64,000 nucleotides of DNA from assembly GCA_964234715.1 (NCBI GenBank), contig OZ174286.1; one strand, 5' to 3'. Positions within the stretch are counted from its first letter, which is position 1. Every line of letters starts with the position of its first letter. The notes under the pieces were generated by a model. It did no database searches, was not told where the DNA came from, and saw nothing but the letters and a program-made list of their open reading frames with translations. The position numbers and the translations under genes are program-made. This DNA comes from Podarcis melisellensis (taxonomy: Eukaryota). Shown one piece after another: positions 50,697 to 63,451 of this stretch.

Positions 50697-53600
50697 ATTA
50701 GAAATGTATATCATCTGATTTCTGACATTCTGAATTTCTAATGGAAAATTTTGAAGTTTCTCTGCTTCTGGGGTGTGTTCAAGGTGACAATTTAAAGCAA
50801 GAGTTACTCCAATATTGATCAGTTACAAAAACGAGGCAGATAAGGCCAAGGAATGGATTGAGGTGCTCCTGCTCCCATCTACTGTTCGATTACTATATTC
50901 TGACTGCAAAGACTTAAAATCTGGGTTTCAATTTCGTCACAATCCCAATGTTGTCAGCATATGGTAGCTTTGTGTTTGTAGTGATCTAAATTCTATCATT
51001 TGTAAGAGAAATAAATATACAGAACATTCACTTCAGCTGCTTCCTAGGGATTATTGTGATCAGAGGACGGTATAAATATTTACAGCCCAGTCTTCAGCAT
51101 GTTAACTTGGATGCAACTTTTACCAAACAATAGCACTTAGCTTGAAGTACATATGCCTAAGGATCGGACTGCAATTCAAACTAAAGATGCAATCCTATGC
51201 ATTGCTATTTGCAAGCAATTTCTGCAATCGAGTAAGACTACAGCCCAAGGGTACACACAGAATAGTAGTCTTAGGCTTGGGCCCATGAGCCCTAAAATTG
51301 AAACCTCATTTTAACTAAGGCCACCCATTATCATCTCTGATTCTCTCTGTATCATTTCTCCGACTTAAAAAATGTAACAACACACCTCAAATTGGGAGAA
51401 TTAGTGAAATATATATATATATATGGTCACTCCCCTCCCACCTTAGCAGCAGGTTGGGCTCCAGATCTAGTTCATTTCGTTCATTTGCTAAACGAAAGAG
51501 TTCATAATTTGAGGGGGAAAGTTATAAAGGAAAGAGTGCCTTTCCCACAAATGAAACGTAAACTTTTAACTAAAGTGCTTGCCTTAGTTATAATGTTCAT
51601 GAGAAAAACTTTGACTTACTCTACTACTTACACTTATCCAGTTAAGAGGCTTATTGTTACTACGTACAGAGATTAGCCATGAGATAATGCTTACAAGTTA
51701 ATTATTTTGGCAGCTTAGGCTCTGTAACTTAGTAGAGATTACTTGGCTTGCTTTGAAACAACCTGGGAAAGTTTTCTGTCTTGAGATGCTTTAACCCAGA
51801 AGTGGCTAACCTGGGCCCCTCCAGATGTTACTGACTACAACTCTCATAATCCAGGACTATTTATTGGCTGAGGATAATGGAATCTGAAGTTGAACAACAT
51901 CTGGAGGACATAGCTAGCCAGCTCTGCTTTAGCTATAAGAAGCAGCAAGATACATTTAGCCTTACAGTAATGCAATGTGTTTTCATGGATAGGATAAAGG
52001 ACTCTGTTTCTCTTGGTGGTATCATACCATAACCGTTGAGTGAGTCTCACTAAGATTAAAATGGTGCAAAATTTGTCCCTTTAAACAATACTGTTGCACT
52101 TCAGTCTGAAACGGCACACTAACTTACTGATGGAAACAACTACTGTATAATGTTAAGTTTTTTCATACTACAGAATATTAACCAGTAACACTTCAGGACC
52201 TAAAGTTAAGGTTTTGACAAAGCTATTGTTCTCTAACACAGACAGTGCCCAAGTCTGAGACAATTCTTTAAGCACACCACAGGATCATCACATCAAGGCA
52301 ACAGATTCTGCACTAGACTTAGAGGCCAATGGTATCTCTTAATTGACACAAACAGTACAATTGCAGTGTCAAATAACTACATCTTACAACTCCATTTCAG
52401 CATATACATTGTGCTGAAAATGTCCCTCAACAGCCTACAATGTCCAAACAATGTTGTCATTAGGGAAACAGATGAAAAGATATAAATCTTGTATTAAAAG
52501 CAGAAACACAACGTAACTTGCAAAGCAGCAGTTCAGCTTTCAAGGACACTCCAAAATGATCATTCGTAAGAAAATTATTAATTTTCTTCCTTAAGGAGCA
52601 TAAGGTGGGAGAAGAATTTATACAATGTTGATCTAGCACTACAGAGTCTTCTCCCATTTTAAAAACTGAGTGAACAGTTTATCATTATAAGCTCCCTACA
52701 TTCCTTAGTACTTGACATACAGATTATAAACACACTGCATTGTAATGCTTGTTGCCAACTATCCAAGTTTTTCATATGAAGAATCATGTAACCTATGAAC
52801 GCTTGTGCTGTTACAAATTTGTCTTCTCAAAGACGTGCTACTGAATTGATATTTTAAATACTTTAAACGAAAACCAGAGCTGATATTAAATATTTTTTTT
52901 TTGTATTTTCAAGAGGAGCCTTTAAAAATCAGCATTCCCCTCCACAAATACACTACAGTCACATGGAACTGCTTGAATTTCTGCAATCCCACTAACTAGA
53001 TAGGTCTTATGTTCATAATGCTTGCATTTTGCTGTCACAAGAGCAGTGCCAGGTAAAGCTTGTGAACAATAAAATTTCCTAGAGGAATTATGGAGATGAT
53101 ATATGAATAAGTCTGCTGTGATTGTGTAATACAGACCAGGTTAATGAATGCATACATCCTGCAGGAAATTAGAACTTAGCTCTAACACAACAAATTAAGA
53201 TTCCAGCTGCAGAATACATCATCTAGTAACATTGTAGGAAATAATTCTCACATAGGAGGGAAGAACGTCCCAGTCAACATACTGACAAACAAGCCAAACC
53301 AGACCACAGTATCCGAAGAACAAAGAATGGGGTCATAATAAAGACTGCGGCTACCTAAATATCTGGCGAGAAGAACAAATATTAATGACACAACACTCGA
53401 ATTACGTTATTCCAGATGCAGAGTTGCAATTCCTGTGGAGCGCAATACACATTGAAAGAAGCACAGACATTTTTACAGTCTACCTATACGAATGCCAATT
53501 GGCACATCTTGTTTCGTCATAAATTTTTACATGTACAAGACGCATGGGCATCCAGTACTGAAATTAGAGCAGAATGTAAACTTAAAATTGCAGCTTATCT

Positions 53601-53894
53601 CCTGATTTAAACATTTATTGATGTTAAGAGTCCTAGCAATAAGAGTTTTGTGCCAACAGAGCTCAAGCTGGCACAGAGAATGAAATGACAGAGAATCTCT
53701 ACAAAACTTTGCTTAACTCACATTAGCCAAAGTCACACTTGGACACAAGCCCATTTCTGTGCGACAGTGGTCTCCAGCACTATTTTGCAAAAATAACCAC
53801 AACTAAACTTAAGGTGATAGTTTATGAAGGATTATTTATGAAACAAGCCATACGTCAACGCTTTAAGAATGAGGAAACATATGATATGGAGGAA

Positions 53895-54360
53895 CTGGCG
53901 GAAATGACTGGCAGAATCCGAGACCAGGGAGAAGAGTTGGTAGAAGAAGATTGGAAGAAATTTAAAGAGTATTTACAGAAACATTGTAAAATTAAGGAAT
54001 GTTAGAAGGATGCTGGAGTGAAGTTATGTGGCTTTAGCAGTAATGTTATAGAATTAAGTGAAATTGGATTAAGAATAGGCGAGAATGTAAAGATATAATA
54101 TATTAAGATAAATTATTAAGATAAAAGCAAAAATGGAAAGGATTTGCTGAAGTAACTAATTGAACTAGAATACAAAAAAGGGAGGTGTGAGGAGGTCAGG
54201 GAAACAAGCAAATGAAAGATCGGATATGGAATGACTGATTTGTTCTTAATTATTTTTATTTTTCTGTACTTTGTATTTTTTGTTCCTTTTTTCTTTTCTT
54301 TTTTCTCTTTCTTTTTTCATTTTTGTAACTTCTTTGAAACTTTAATATTATTTTTTAAAA
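53895..54360 (+). mobile_element. L1-clade LINE 3' fragment
   Basis: ORF2 end ELAEMTGRIRDQGEELVEEDWKKFKEYLQKHC, T-rich 3'UTR, A tail; 20-bp TSD AAACATATGATATGGAGGAA (53875-53894, 54361-54380). Confidence 0.85.
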
Positions 54361-54430
54361 AAACATATGATATGGAGGAAGTGTTTAAAAGGTCTTAAAA
54401 TTTGCCACAATTTATTGACAAACATAAAAA

Positions 54431-54575
54431 CGTAGCTCAGTGGGTACAGCATGAGACTCTTAATCTCCAGGGTGTGGGCTTGAGACCCACATTGGGCAAA
54501 AAGATTCCTGTATTGCAGGAGCTGAACTAGATGACACCCGTGGTCCTTTCCAACTCTACAATTCTATGATTCTAT
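54431..54575 (+). mobile_element. tRNA-Lys-derived SINE with CR1-type 3' tail
   Basis: TAGCTCAGTGGGTACAGCATGAGACTCTTAATCTC... resembles tRNA-Lys(CTT); ends CCAACTCTACAATTCTATGATTCTAT. Confidence 0.8.
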
Positions 54576-54823
54576 AAGAAGAACCATCCTAGATCAAGCC
54601 AAAGGCCCAAACAATCCAACAGGATTTTCTTGCTTGTGATACTGCTTCTGCAGGAGTCTCCCCTCTCCTAGAGAAACATTTGTCTCCCTCCTTATTGAGC
54701 TTTATGCATGGAAGAATGAAGCACCTTTACAATCACGCTTCTGGGCTAGAATGCCGCTGCTTGGTTTTCTCACTTAGATTTCCCACTGTGGCTTGGGATG
54801 ATGGGGCGGTTTTAAATGGAATA

Positions 54824-55059
54824 CAGTCATACCTCATGTTATGTTTGCTTCATGTTACATTCTTTCAGATTTCATCCCATGGCGCCCCGGAAGTACCAGA
54901 AAGGGTTACTTCCGGGTTTCGCCAATTGCGCTCTGCGCATGCGCACAAGCACCATATTGCACCACACACCTGTGCAGACATGGCGCTTCAGGTTGCGCTT
55001 TTTTCATGTTGCGAACGGGCCTCCGGAATGGATCCCGTTCACAACCGGAGGTATCACTG
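54824..55059. mobile_element. Tigger/pogo-like MITE family 2
   Basis: Imperfect TIRs CAGTCATACCTC / GAGGTATCACTG, TA TSD, CpG-rich centre. Confidence 0.75.
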
Positions 55060-55574
55060 TATATATATTTTAAAAGAAACCTGATTCTTAGTTTAATATA
55101 TTAATGTTATAATTTGGTGGTGGGCAAACCTATTTTCAGCTTGAGGGCCGCATTCAATTGCAGTCAACCAGCCAGGGTCACATGCAAGTGGTGGGGGGGT
55201 CTGACACAAAAGGGGATGGAGTTACTGAAGCAATTATTTTCTGTAAAATGGATTATGGATTACATTCTAGCCAAACATAACAAATCAGAGGTTTCTATAT
55301 ACACCTATACCCCTCTCTCTCCATCCAGATAAGGAGGCAGCATATAACATTTCAGGAAAAAGCATTCAAGACGGGTATGGAGTGGCGGGGGAGATTAAGG
55401 AGAGAGGCTTGGATAGAGTCCCGAGGGTCATACTGGGAAGCCTAATAGGCCATAATTGGTTCTCAGGTCTGAAGTTCCCTGCCCCCAATTTGTACTGATA
55501 GGTAGACCACTCTGGGATCCCTTTGATGGAGGCCTATTTAGAAATTTCAGCATCAATAAAATCAGACAACTAAT

Positions 55575-55862
55575 AATCTAGACCAGTACTGTATCTTGTT
55601 CTCACAGTGGCCAATGAAATGCCTATGAGAAGCCTGCAAGCAAGATATGAGAACAACAGCTCCATCCCCACTTGTCGTCCCGCCCCAGCAACTGGTATTC
55701 AGGGACATAATATCTCCAAAACTGGAAGTAGTACAGTCATCATGACCAGGAGCCATTGATACCCTTATCCTCAATGAATTTGCCTAATTCCCTTTTAAAG
55801 ATGTCCAGTTTGGCAGCCATTACTGCAACCTGCAGATAGCCAATTCCATAGATTAACTATGT
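55575..55862 (-). mobile_element. Ancient CR1 3' region fragment
   Basis: Resembles an antisense CR1 3'UTR (CAGTGGCCAA...CCCCAGCAACTGGTATTCAG...AATTCCATAGATTAACTATG). Confidence 0.55.
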
Positions 55863-57546
55863 GTCATCAGAACGCCTCACATACCATCAGCGACTAATCA
55901 AAGTTATCTCCCAAAAAAGATACCTTTGACATGATCTGCTCTCCCTTTTTCTCTTTTATTGAAGAAGAACAGGATATTTCAATGCCATCAACATCACAGA
56001 AGTGTCTGTGGGGGGGATTATTATTATTATTATTTATTTATTGAATTTATATACCGCCCTATACCCAGAGGGATATATTGATTGAAAATGTATTGTAACT
56101 GTATTGCAACTTTTGAATAAATATTATTAAAACAAAAACTATGTATTGTACTTTAAGACCAATCTCTTTCGGTTTATGAATACGTAAGATTTCAGATGAC
56201 ACACACACAAATCACCATCCCCCATGTTTTACCTTGAAAGCTCACACGCTCTTGCACCACCAGCAAGAGTTGGCTCAATAAATGGCATCACCTACAAACC
56301 TTGCATTTCTTATTCTGTAGGATCTTGGTTTTGGAAATCCCTTGCTGGAACCAACTCTCATAAGTTTCCAAAGCAAGCTGCAGACTTATTTGCCTATGCA
56401 TTGGTGTGTTTTATCTTAATGTAGCCCACTCTGGGATTCCTTCAGCAATGAAGAGTGGGTAAGGAATCTTTTAAACAAACAAACAAGGCAAGGGACTGTA
56501 CCGCATATCATAATAAAGGTTAGCAAAAGCTGAGAGATTAGTAGGCTCTAGGGTTTCATTTATGGCAGCCAAAAAAGGCATGGGCCTTAGGAGCCCCAGC
56601 AAGGCCTGGAAACAATAAATCCAGCACAATGACCTTAAAAAACCTTACTTCTGCTTTAAAATTATGCCTTTTATAAATAATTTTGTGAGACGTTTTTCAA
56701 TGAACCCCATCAAAACACATAGTTATAGTTTTGGAGATCAGCTGCATGCTTAGGTCAAGTATGATTTCAGCTTCCAAGGACTGAAACTGCAAATGACCAG
56801 TTTTATGTACCGGTAAGTCTTTACATGACCATTTCTTCTCTGTACCGTTAAGGGCACATAGACACTGAATAAAACCTTGCTTTCTTTCACAGTTACTAAC
56901 CTATGCAAAATACATTAACAAATCAGGATTAAGAGCTGAAATGTTCTGGAATTGGGTAGTGACTGCTGCATAGAAGCCTTTCCCCCTCTGCTGTAAATAA
57001 TTCACAAGGTCTGCCTCTGCAAGCAAATTCTTGTGTAAACAGGCTTAACTGTTGTTTTTAAGAGGAAGCCAAAGAAACCAGGGAACGTGTAAAAACCGGG
57101 CAGAGTTCTGCCAATTTACAAGCAAGTCTCCTGAAGGTCATGTCCACTGTCATGCACTGCATGCAGCGGTTCGCGGAAAAATTGGGACAAACCGTAACCA
57201 CGCAGGGGCACATCCCGCCTGCAAGCTAAATGAAGGCAATTCCTGCCAGCTTCCTGAACCTGAAGCAGCTCATCTGTCCGTCCAACGCCACATCTGCAAT
57301 GGCAGCTTCCGTTGGCCCTACCTGAGCGCACGCAGGTCAGGAGAGGAGAGGAGAGGAGAGGAGAGGACGTCTCCCAGGTCTTCCCAGGCGGCCAGAGCTT
57401 ACCCAAAACAAGCAGCGCAGAAGGAGACGCGAACGAGGAGGGCAGAAAACTGCGCCTGGTTTTCCTCCGGAGCGCGGGACTGTAGAAACAAGCTCGGGAC
57501 TCCCGCTCCCCCGGCCACGACCAGCGCGCAAAGAGACGCCACTCAC

Positions 57547-57760
57547 CCAAGCGCAGGCTCTCCAAAACGCGCGCAGGCTCTCCAAAACGCACGCCGTTCC
57601 TCGGTGGCGCGTCCGTTCCCGGGCGCTCGCTTCGGCTTGTTTTCCGGGCTAGTGTAAACGGATCCCCCTCCGGGCGTGATGGATGGAGCGGCACATGAGC
57701 AGCAGGGCCGGCGATGGGGTTGTGACTACTTCCTACTTCCTCGCCCCGCCGCCTCCGCCG
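57547..57760 (-). other. Putative non-coding first exon (5' boundary approximate); alternative donors after 57403, 57322 and 58294
   Basis: Minus-strand donors TGG|GTGAGT (57547), TGG|GTAAGC (57403), CAG|GTAGGG (57322), GAG|GTAATC (58294) inside the CpG island. Confidence 0.55.
57551..57590. repeat. Perfect 20-bp tandem duplication GCGCAGGCTCTCCAAAACGC x2 in putative exon 1
   Basis: Directly visible. Confidence 0.95.
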
Positions 57761-59276
57761 CCGCCGAATCGCCTTCAGGCTGAGCCAAGCGCGCGCGTGG
57801 AGACGGGCGATCCGGCCGCCAGGCGATCCAAAACGGCACCTCCCCGGCTGGAAATGCCCCGCTTAGGCGGCATACAGCCAGCCGGCTCCACACGTGGGAG
57901 AGGCGAGAGAAAGAGAGAGAGGAAAAAAGGCCGGCTGCCGCTGCTGCTCCCTTTTCCAGCCGGCGCTGTGTTGCGGGGGGCGCTGCTGCTCCCGGGATCG
58001 CTGGCTGCTACGTGCCGGGATCCCACGCCCTGAGGCTGGCGGGAAAAGCCGGGATCTTCAGCGCACACGTCCTCCGCTCCAGGGCCTCGCGACCTTTTTC
58101 CCAGCGGCGAAGGCGCCTTTGCCCTTTTGGCTGCGGATCTCCGGCTGCTGCGGGCGGCGCACCTCGGCTTGGGAGAGGTGAGCGCGCTCAACGCTGGTTG
58201 CCGCCAGGGCTTTCTTTGCCGGCTGGGCGGGCCCTCGGCTGGGTTCCTTAAGCTCAGGCCCTCCTCCCCGCTTCTCCGGCTACACAGGATTACCTCATCG
58301 CCCAAGCCCCGCTTGCTGGGGAGGCGGCAGCGCCCGGGTGCCTGAAGTTTCCAGGCAACGGACTCGGGATAACAAGCCACGGCAGCTGATCCCACTCCCT
58401 GCATCAGGAGAACTCCGCCAAACTTAAAAATAAAACGGCGACCTTCAGAAGAGCGTCCTTTTTTTTTTTTTTTGCTAGTTCCAGAAGTTAACTTTTGGAA
58501 CCCTTTTAAATTTGGGCAAGCAAGTGTGGAAGGGTGGGCAAGTACAGTAAACGGGGAAAAGGTGGTAATTAACATGTGTTAATTGGTTAATAAAAACTTT
58601 TTAAAAAGTGACGGTGCTCCCCTTGCATGTCACAGACAGCATTTTAAACTCATTTTGATTTGCATACCCCTGCCCCAAGTGGCTAGGACACAAAGGCTGC
58701 AGTCCTAATGCACGTTTCGTTATTCATTCATTCATTCATTCATTCATTGCATTTATATATCGTTCTTTGTGCATTCTTCTGAAAGCAAGGCCCACATAAT
58801 TTACTGGGACTTGCTTCTGAGTTAATATGCAGAGGATTGGACTGTTTACCACTCACTCAGATACAAGGCTGAAGCTAACTTTGTCATTAAACAGAGCCCC
58901 CAGTATATCAGCAGAAGGAGTAATGTATGTACCATGCATACTGCACAGACATACAAATTTAGGCCAGAGGTGATTTCAATTTCCTAGTTCAAAGGCAACT
59001 TATTAGGCAAAAGGACCACGCTACAATCTCCAGCTCACTGGTTGCAAGCAGGAATTGACTTGTCCATTGAAGATTGTGATTCTATGCTTACCTGCAAGTA
59101 AGCTTAATGGAACGCTGGCACTTACATCTGAGTAACTAGAATCAAGCTGAAAGTAAGGTGGATGTGCTCCCATCATCACTTAGGCTAAAGTATGGCATCC
59201 ATGTGACTGTTAGTTTGCCCATGCACTGCATGTTCCAAATCACTGTGTTACACAAACATTCTCAAAGTAAGGCACT

Positions 59277-59719
59277 TGGTAGTGGCACCCGCCCTGTAGA
59301 ACGCCCTCCCATCGGATGTCAAAGAGAAAAATAACTACCAAACTTTGAGAAGACATCTAAAGGCAGCCCTCTTTAGGGAAGCTTTTAATGTTTAATAGAT
59401 TACAGTGGTACCTTGCAAGACGAATGCCTCGTAAGAGGAAAAACTCGCAAGATGAAAGAGTTTTTCGTTTTTTGAGTTGCTTCGCAAGACGAATTTCCCT
59501 ATGGGCTTGCTTCGCAAGACAAAAACGTCTTGCGAGTTTGTTTCCTTTTTCTTAAAACCGTTAATACCCAGGGAATCCGTGCTTTGCAAGACGAAAAAAC
59601 TCGCAGAACGAATTAATTTCGTCTTGCGAGGTACCACTGTATTGTATTTTAGTGTTTTGTTGGAAGCCGCCCAGAGTGGCTAGGAAAACCCAGCCAGATG
59701 GGCAGTGTATAAATAATAA

Positions 59720-59757
<38 letters not shown>
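59277..59757 (+). mobile_element. L2 LINE 3' fragment interrupted by a Tigger-like MITE
   Basis: Same 3'UTR and (ATT)n tail as 27766-28145; split at a TA. Confidence 0.8.
59403..59639. mobile_element. Tigger/pogo-like MITE family 3
   Basis: TIRs CAGTGGTACCT(T/C)GCAAGACGAA, TA TSD, internal CGCAAGACG repeats. Confidence 0.85.
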
Positions 59758-59758
<1 letters not shown>

Positions 59759-60575
59759 TACCCTTGTGTAAGTGGCAATTTCCTAAAGAGGAAGTTGATC
59801 CAAATAGGAAAAGTGCAAACTTCATGATCCAAATCGAAATCTAGAAAACTAATGTTTTCAGCAGTGTTTCAGATGACATAATAGGGTAAAATACTCTTAA
59901 GGCTGGAACAAGCCCAGAAAGACTCAATGAGTTCAACTGAATTCTAAATCAGAATTGTTAAGATTCTGCTGCAAGTTTCTGTTTAACAAAACCAACCTAC
60001 ATATTTTACTCATCGTCCACATCAACTGTAAAGAAACTGCATGGATCAGCATTCCTAGGATGTTTGTTTTCTGAAAAACCACAGAAGTTTACAAAGTTGT
60101 TGTTGTTTTGGTCACAGTTATTTCCCTACTGCTGAAAATTGTAAAATGGGTGGACGTCAATCAGGAAAAATGGATAAACAATACCTTCTGAAGTATCCTG
60201 TGATACATTTTGTATAATTTGATCTGGGTAAGCTTATGTCACAAAAGCAGACATGGCAGAGAAGCATGGCTCATACATACACTGTCAAAAGGAAATGTCT
60301 GCAACTAAAGACCATATGTGCAAAAAACTCAAACCAATAAAAACATATCCCATTTGCTTTATAGAGTATTATTCTGTAGCAATACAAACACCATTGTACA
60401 ATGTTATGGGGGTGGAACAAGATCATCCCCACGGTCCTTTCCAACTCCACAATTCTATGATTCTACAGGCGGTGTTGGTTACATATACTTGTATAATTGA
60501 ACTAATCCTATTTGATTACAAGAGGAGTAAAACCAAGATCCTAAATTCAGTACAAGGACACACTCAAATTTGACA

Positions 60576-61050
60576 ATGCCCTTCTTAAATCTTGGCACCC
60601 AGAAATAGGCACAGCACTTCAGATGCAGTCTGACCAGAGCAGAATACAGTGGAGCTATTACCTAATGTGACCTGGACACTATGCTTTGGTTAAAGCAACC
60701 TAAGACTGCATTAGCTTTCTTAGGCACCGCATTACACTGCTGCCTCATTCTGAGGTTCTAATCGACTAAGACACCTAGACCTTTCTCATAGGTGTGGCTG
60801 CCCTTCCTATCTTTGTGCCTCCAATTCTTCGTACCTAATTGCTTTGCTGAATTTTATTTTGTTGCTTTTGGTCTAGCATTCCAAACTCTCAAGATCATTT
60901 AGAATCTTTATTTGATCTTTTCGGGTGTCAGCTATCCTGCTCTGTGGCATCTGCAAATATGGTAAGCATCCCCTCTGCTCTTTCATCCAAATTATTCATA
61001 GAAATGTTGAACAGTACAGGGCCTATGACAAAGTTTTGTAGCACTCCACA
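60576..61050 (-). mobile_element. Old CR1 LINE RT fragment
   Basis: Degenerate GV.Q..VIGPVLFNI.MNNLD...FADAT RT motifs. Confidence 0.7.
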
Positions 61051-61347
61051 GTGATGACTAGGGCTGGAGGGGGCAGGGAAGTGGCATATATACAGTAATT
61101 CCCTACAAACAAAAGGAAACTCCTTCAACTGCAAGCATTCAAGAGAAGTAGGGCTGCTGACTAGGGAGGGAAACATGGCCTGGTTGATGGTGGTTTTTTC
61201 TCCCTCTGGGCTCATTGCCAGAATTGCATGTGTTAAAGCTATGACTTCAGGAGTAAAGATAGATAAGTTATTAATTTTAGTCAGGGATGGGAAACCTGTG
61301 ACTCTACAGTTGTTGAACTACAACTGCTATCAGCATCAGACAGCATG

Positions 61348-61590
61348 CCCAGCAGCTTCATATAGATGTTGAAAAGCATAGGGGAGAAGACACAGCCCTG
61401 AGACACCCCACAAGTGAGTGCCCAGGGGTCCAAACACTCATCCCCCAACACCACTTTATTGAAGTAGCCCAATAGAAAGGAGCAGAGCCACTGCATGACA
61501 GTGGTCCCCAGCTTCCAACCTCCCCAGACAGTCCAGAAGGATACCATGGTCAATGGTATCAAAAGCCACTGAGAGATCCAGCAGAACCAA
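61348..61590 (-). mobile_element. L2 LINE RT fragment
   Basis: LLDLSVAFDTIDHGIL and CGVSQGCVFSPMLFNIYM motifs. Confidence 0.75.
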
Positions 61591-63451
61591 GGAGCAGGTT
61601 GGTTTCTAGCCCTAGCTTTAAAACCTCACTCTATGCTAACACATGATGGTTAAGGTGCCATTGTTTTTCAAAGGCATACAAATGTATTAACACTCTGCCG
61701 CTGTCCCCCACTCCCACAACAACTTTTCTAGGCAAGTGAGGAGGTAATTGTCAAGCTGTGATTCTGACGCCTACCTGAAAGCAGCCCAAGGTCCACTGGT
61801 GCAGCCTGGACTCCTAGTCTACTGTCTGAGAAACACTGGTCTATAGGACTGTAGCCACCTTCTCCCTGCAGTTTGTAGGAGTCATATATTTAATGCCTGC
61901 ACACACAAACAAGTGGCCAAAGCAAAGGGGTGAGGGGAGGGAATGTAGATTTGTTATGTCTTAAGGCAGTCTTAAAAGTAAACCAAATTTCTTCGAGTTT
62001 TTATTTCAGTCATCTCACACTTATAAATAGCTATCCACCTGGCTAATTTAACACTGTAATTGTTGATTATGCATCCTCATAACATTTTAAATCAAGTGCA
62101 TTATAGCTATCGATAATGTTTTGTCATTATAAATACGTAGCTAAAGACCAGTGTTAGAAACTGAGATATGAAAGCTAGGAGCCAAATGGGCCCTTAAACC
62201 TAGGTTATGAGCGCAACAATGTCTAGGCACACTTTTTGCAGCAAGAATACAAAGCTGAAAATGAACGAGCTTCAGCTAAAATTTGTTCATTTTTCATATG
62301 GTTAAGTCCTTCCCCTGCCCACTCCCCTATTATTCTTAAGAGGGTCTCTTCTCCAGTCTTCAGAGAGTAGCTGGAAGTGGGGAGGAAGAAAAGGCTCCTC
62401 CTTTCCTTCCACTCTGCAGTTTTAATCTGAAATCCTAGGCACAGTACTGTGCCCAGAGCTCAGAAACTGCTTGCACTAATGAAATTGTCACAAAATGCGT
62501 CTAGAACAATGGGAGTTTCGAACACTGCTAAAGACATGCGTCTTAGATGAGGATTTTTATTGGTCCACATTAGATTTCTGAGATTCTTGCTTCCATGAGT
62601 CCCAAGCCACAGCTTTTTGTACTCAGCAGCATGCTGCGTGCAGATAACTGCATGAAAGGATGTTCATCTGTGGCATATGCTAAATGGGGAAATTCAGCAG
62701 GTGAATATTATCCCATCCTTCCATGGGAGGAAAAACTTAAACTGTTAACCCCCACCCTTAGATGGTTGAAGATACACCATCCAAACAAAGACTTAAAAAG
62801 CATGGTAACCCTAGGACCATAACACTTATCATATCTCAGTGCTACACTAAGCTGCTGCTCTCAAGTGTAAAGGAAGACACTGTCCTTTTACCAGCACTGG
62901 AGTAAGGTTCAACTACAGTTCAAATACAGTTTCTATTATGTGCCCTGGAATAGGGTCTGATATTGTGCTTTGCACCAAGCAGAAGATGATTATAGAGTCT
63001 GAACCCAATATGTCTTACTCTGCATCACTTTCTCCTTCATAAGCCAGCATGGGTGGGGTGCAAAAAAAGAACGGTTTCTGACAGTTTGTAAATGACTACT
63101 TCAATTGTAGCTAATGGCTGCTATCTGAGACAATATGGCTCCACTTTGGTTCCTTTTGGTACCTGTCTCCTTCAACATATTAAAACTAGGCTTGGAACAG
63201 TGGGGAGAAGAGGGATGAGCAGACAGAAAGGGAGGGGAGGAGTTGCTTGTCAATGAGTTTTCTGGGAAGAAGCAGGAAGTGGGAGATAACTCAATGCAGG
63301 GGGCTGAAGGGCAGATACCATGAAGGCTGGTTGGAGGCAAGCTGGGGCAGAGGCCCAGAGATGGTGCTTAGAAAGCATCTGAAGGATAAGCCCCTCTGGA
63401 GACACAGATGCTGTAAACTCTGTGGTCTCTCCATCTGCACCAGGTTGAAGT

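Larger units (their letters stand above)
57300..58420 (-). promoter_or_regulatory. CpG island / promoter of the minus-strand host gene (possibly bidirectional)
   Basis: GC- and CpG-rich ~1.1 kb block with no flanking TIR/TSD; tandem ETS-like GGAAGT sites (~57726-57740), E-box CACGTG (~57891), several consensus minus-strand splice donors. Confidence 0.8.

Noticed and set aside
2075-54575. tRNA genes at ~2150-2226, ~34560-34634 and ~54431-54498, and Sauria SINE heads
   Set aside because: Degenerate stems and direct fusion to LINE-derived tails show they are SINE heads
57052-58575. Long ORFs (192-266 aa) across the CpG island, and similar ORFs at 4353-5936 and 18860-19380
   Set aside because: Pro/Arg/Ala/Gly-rich ORFs in several frames on both strands are expected from stop-codon depletion in GC-rich DNA; no recognisable domain
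59403-59639. Spaced CGCAAGACG repeats superficially like a CRISPR-type array
   Set aside because: Subterminal repeats of a TA-flanked MITE in a vertebrate genome; spacing is irregular
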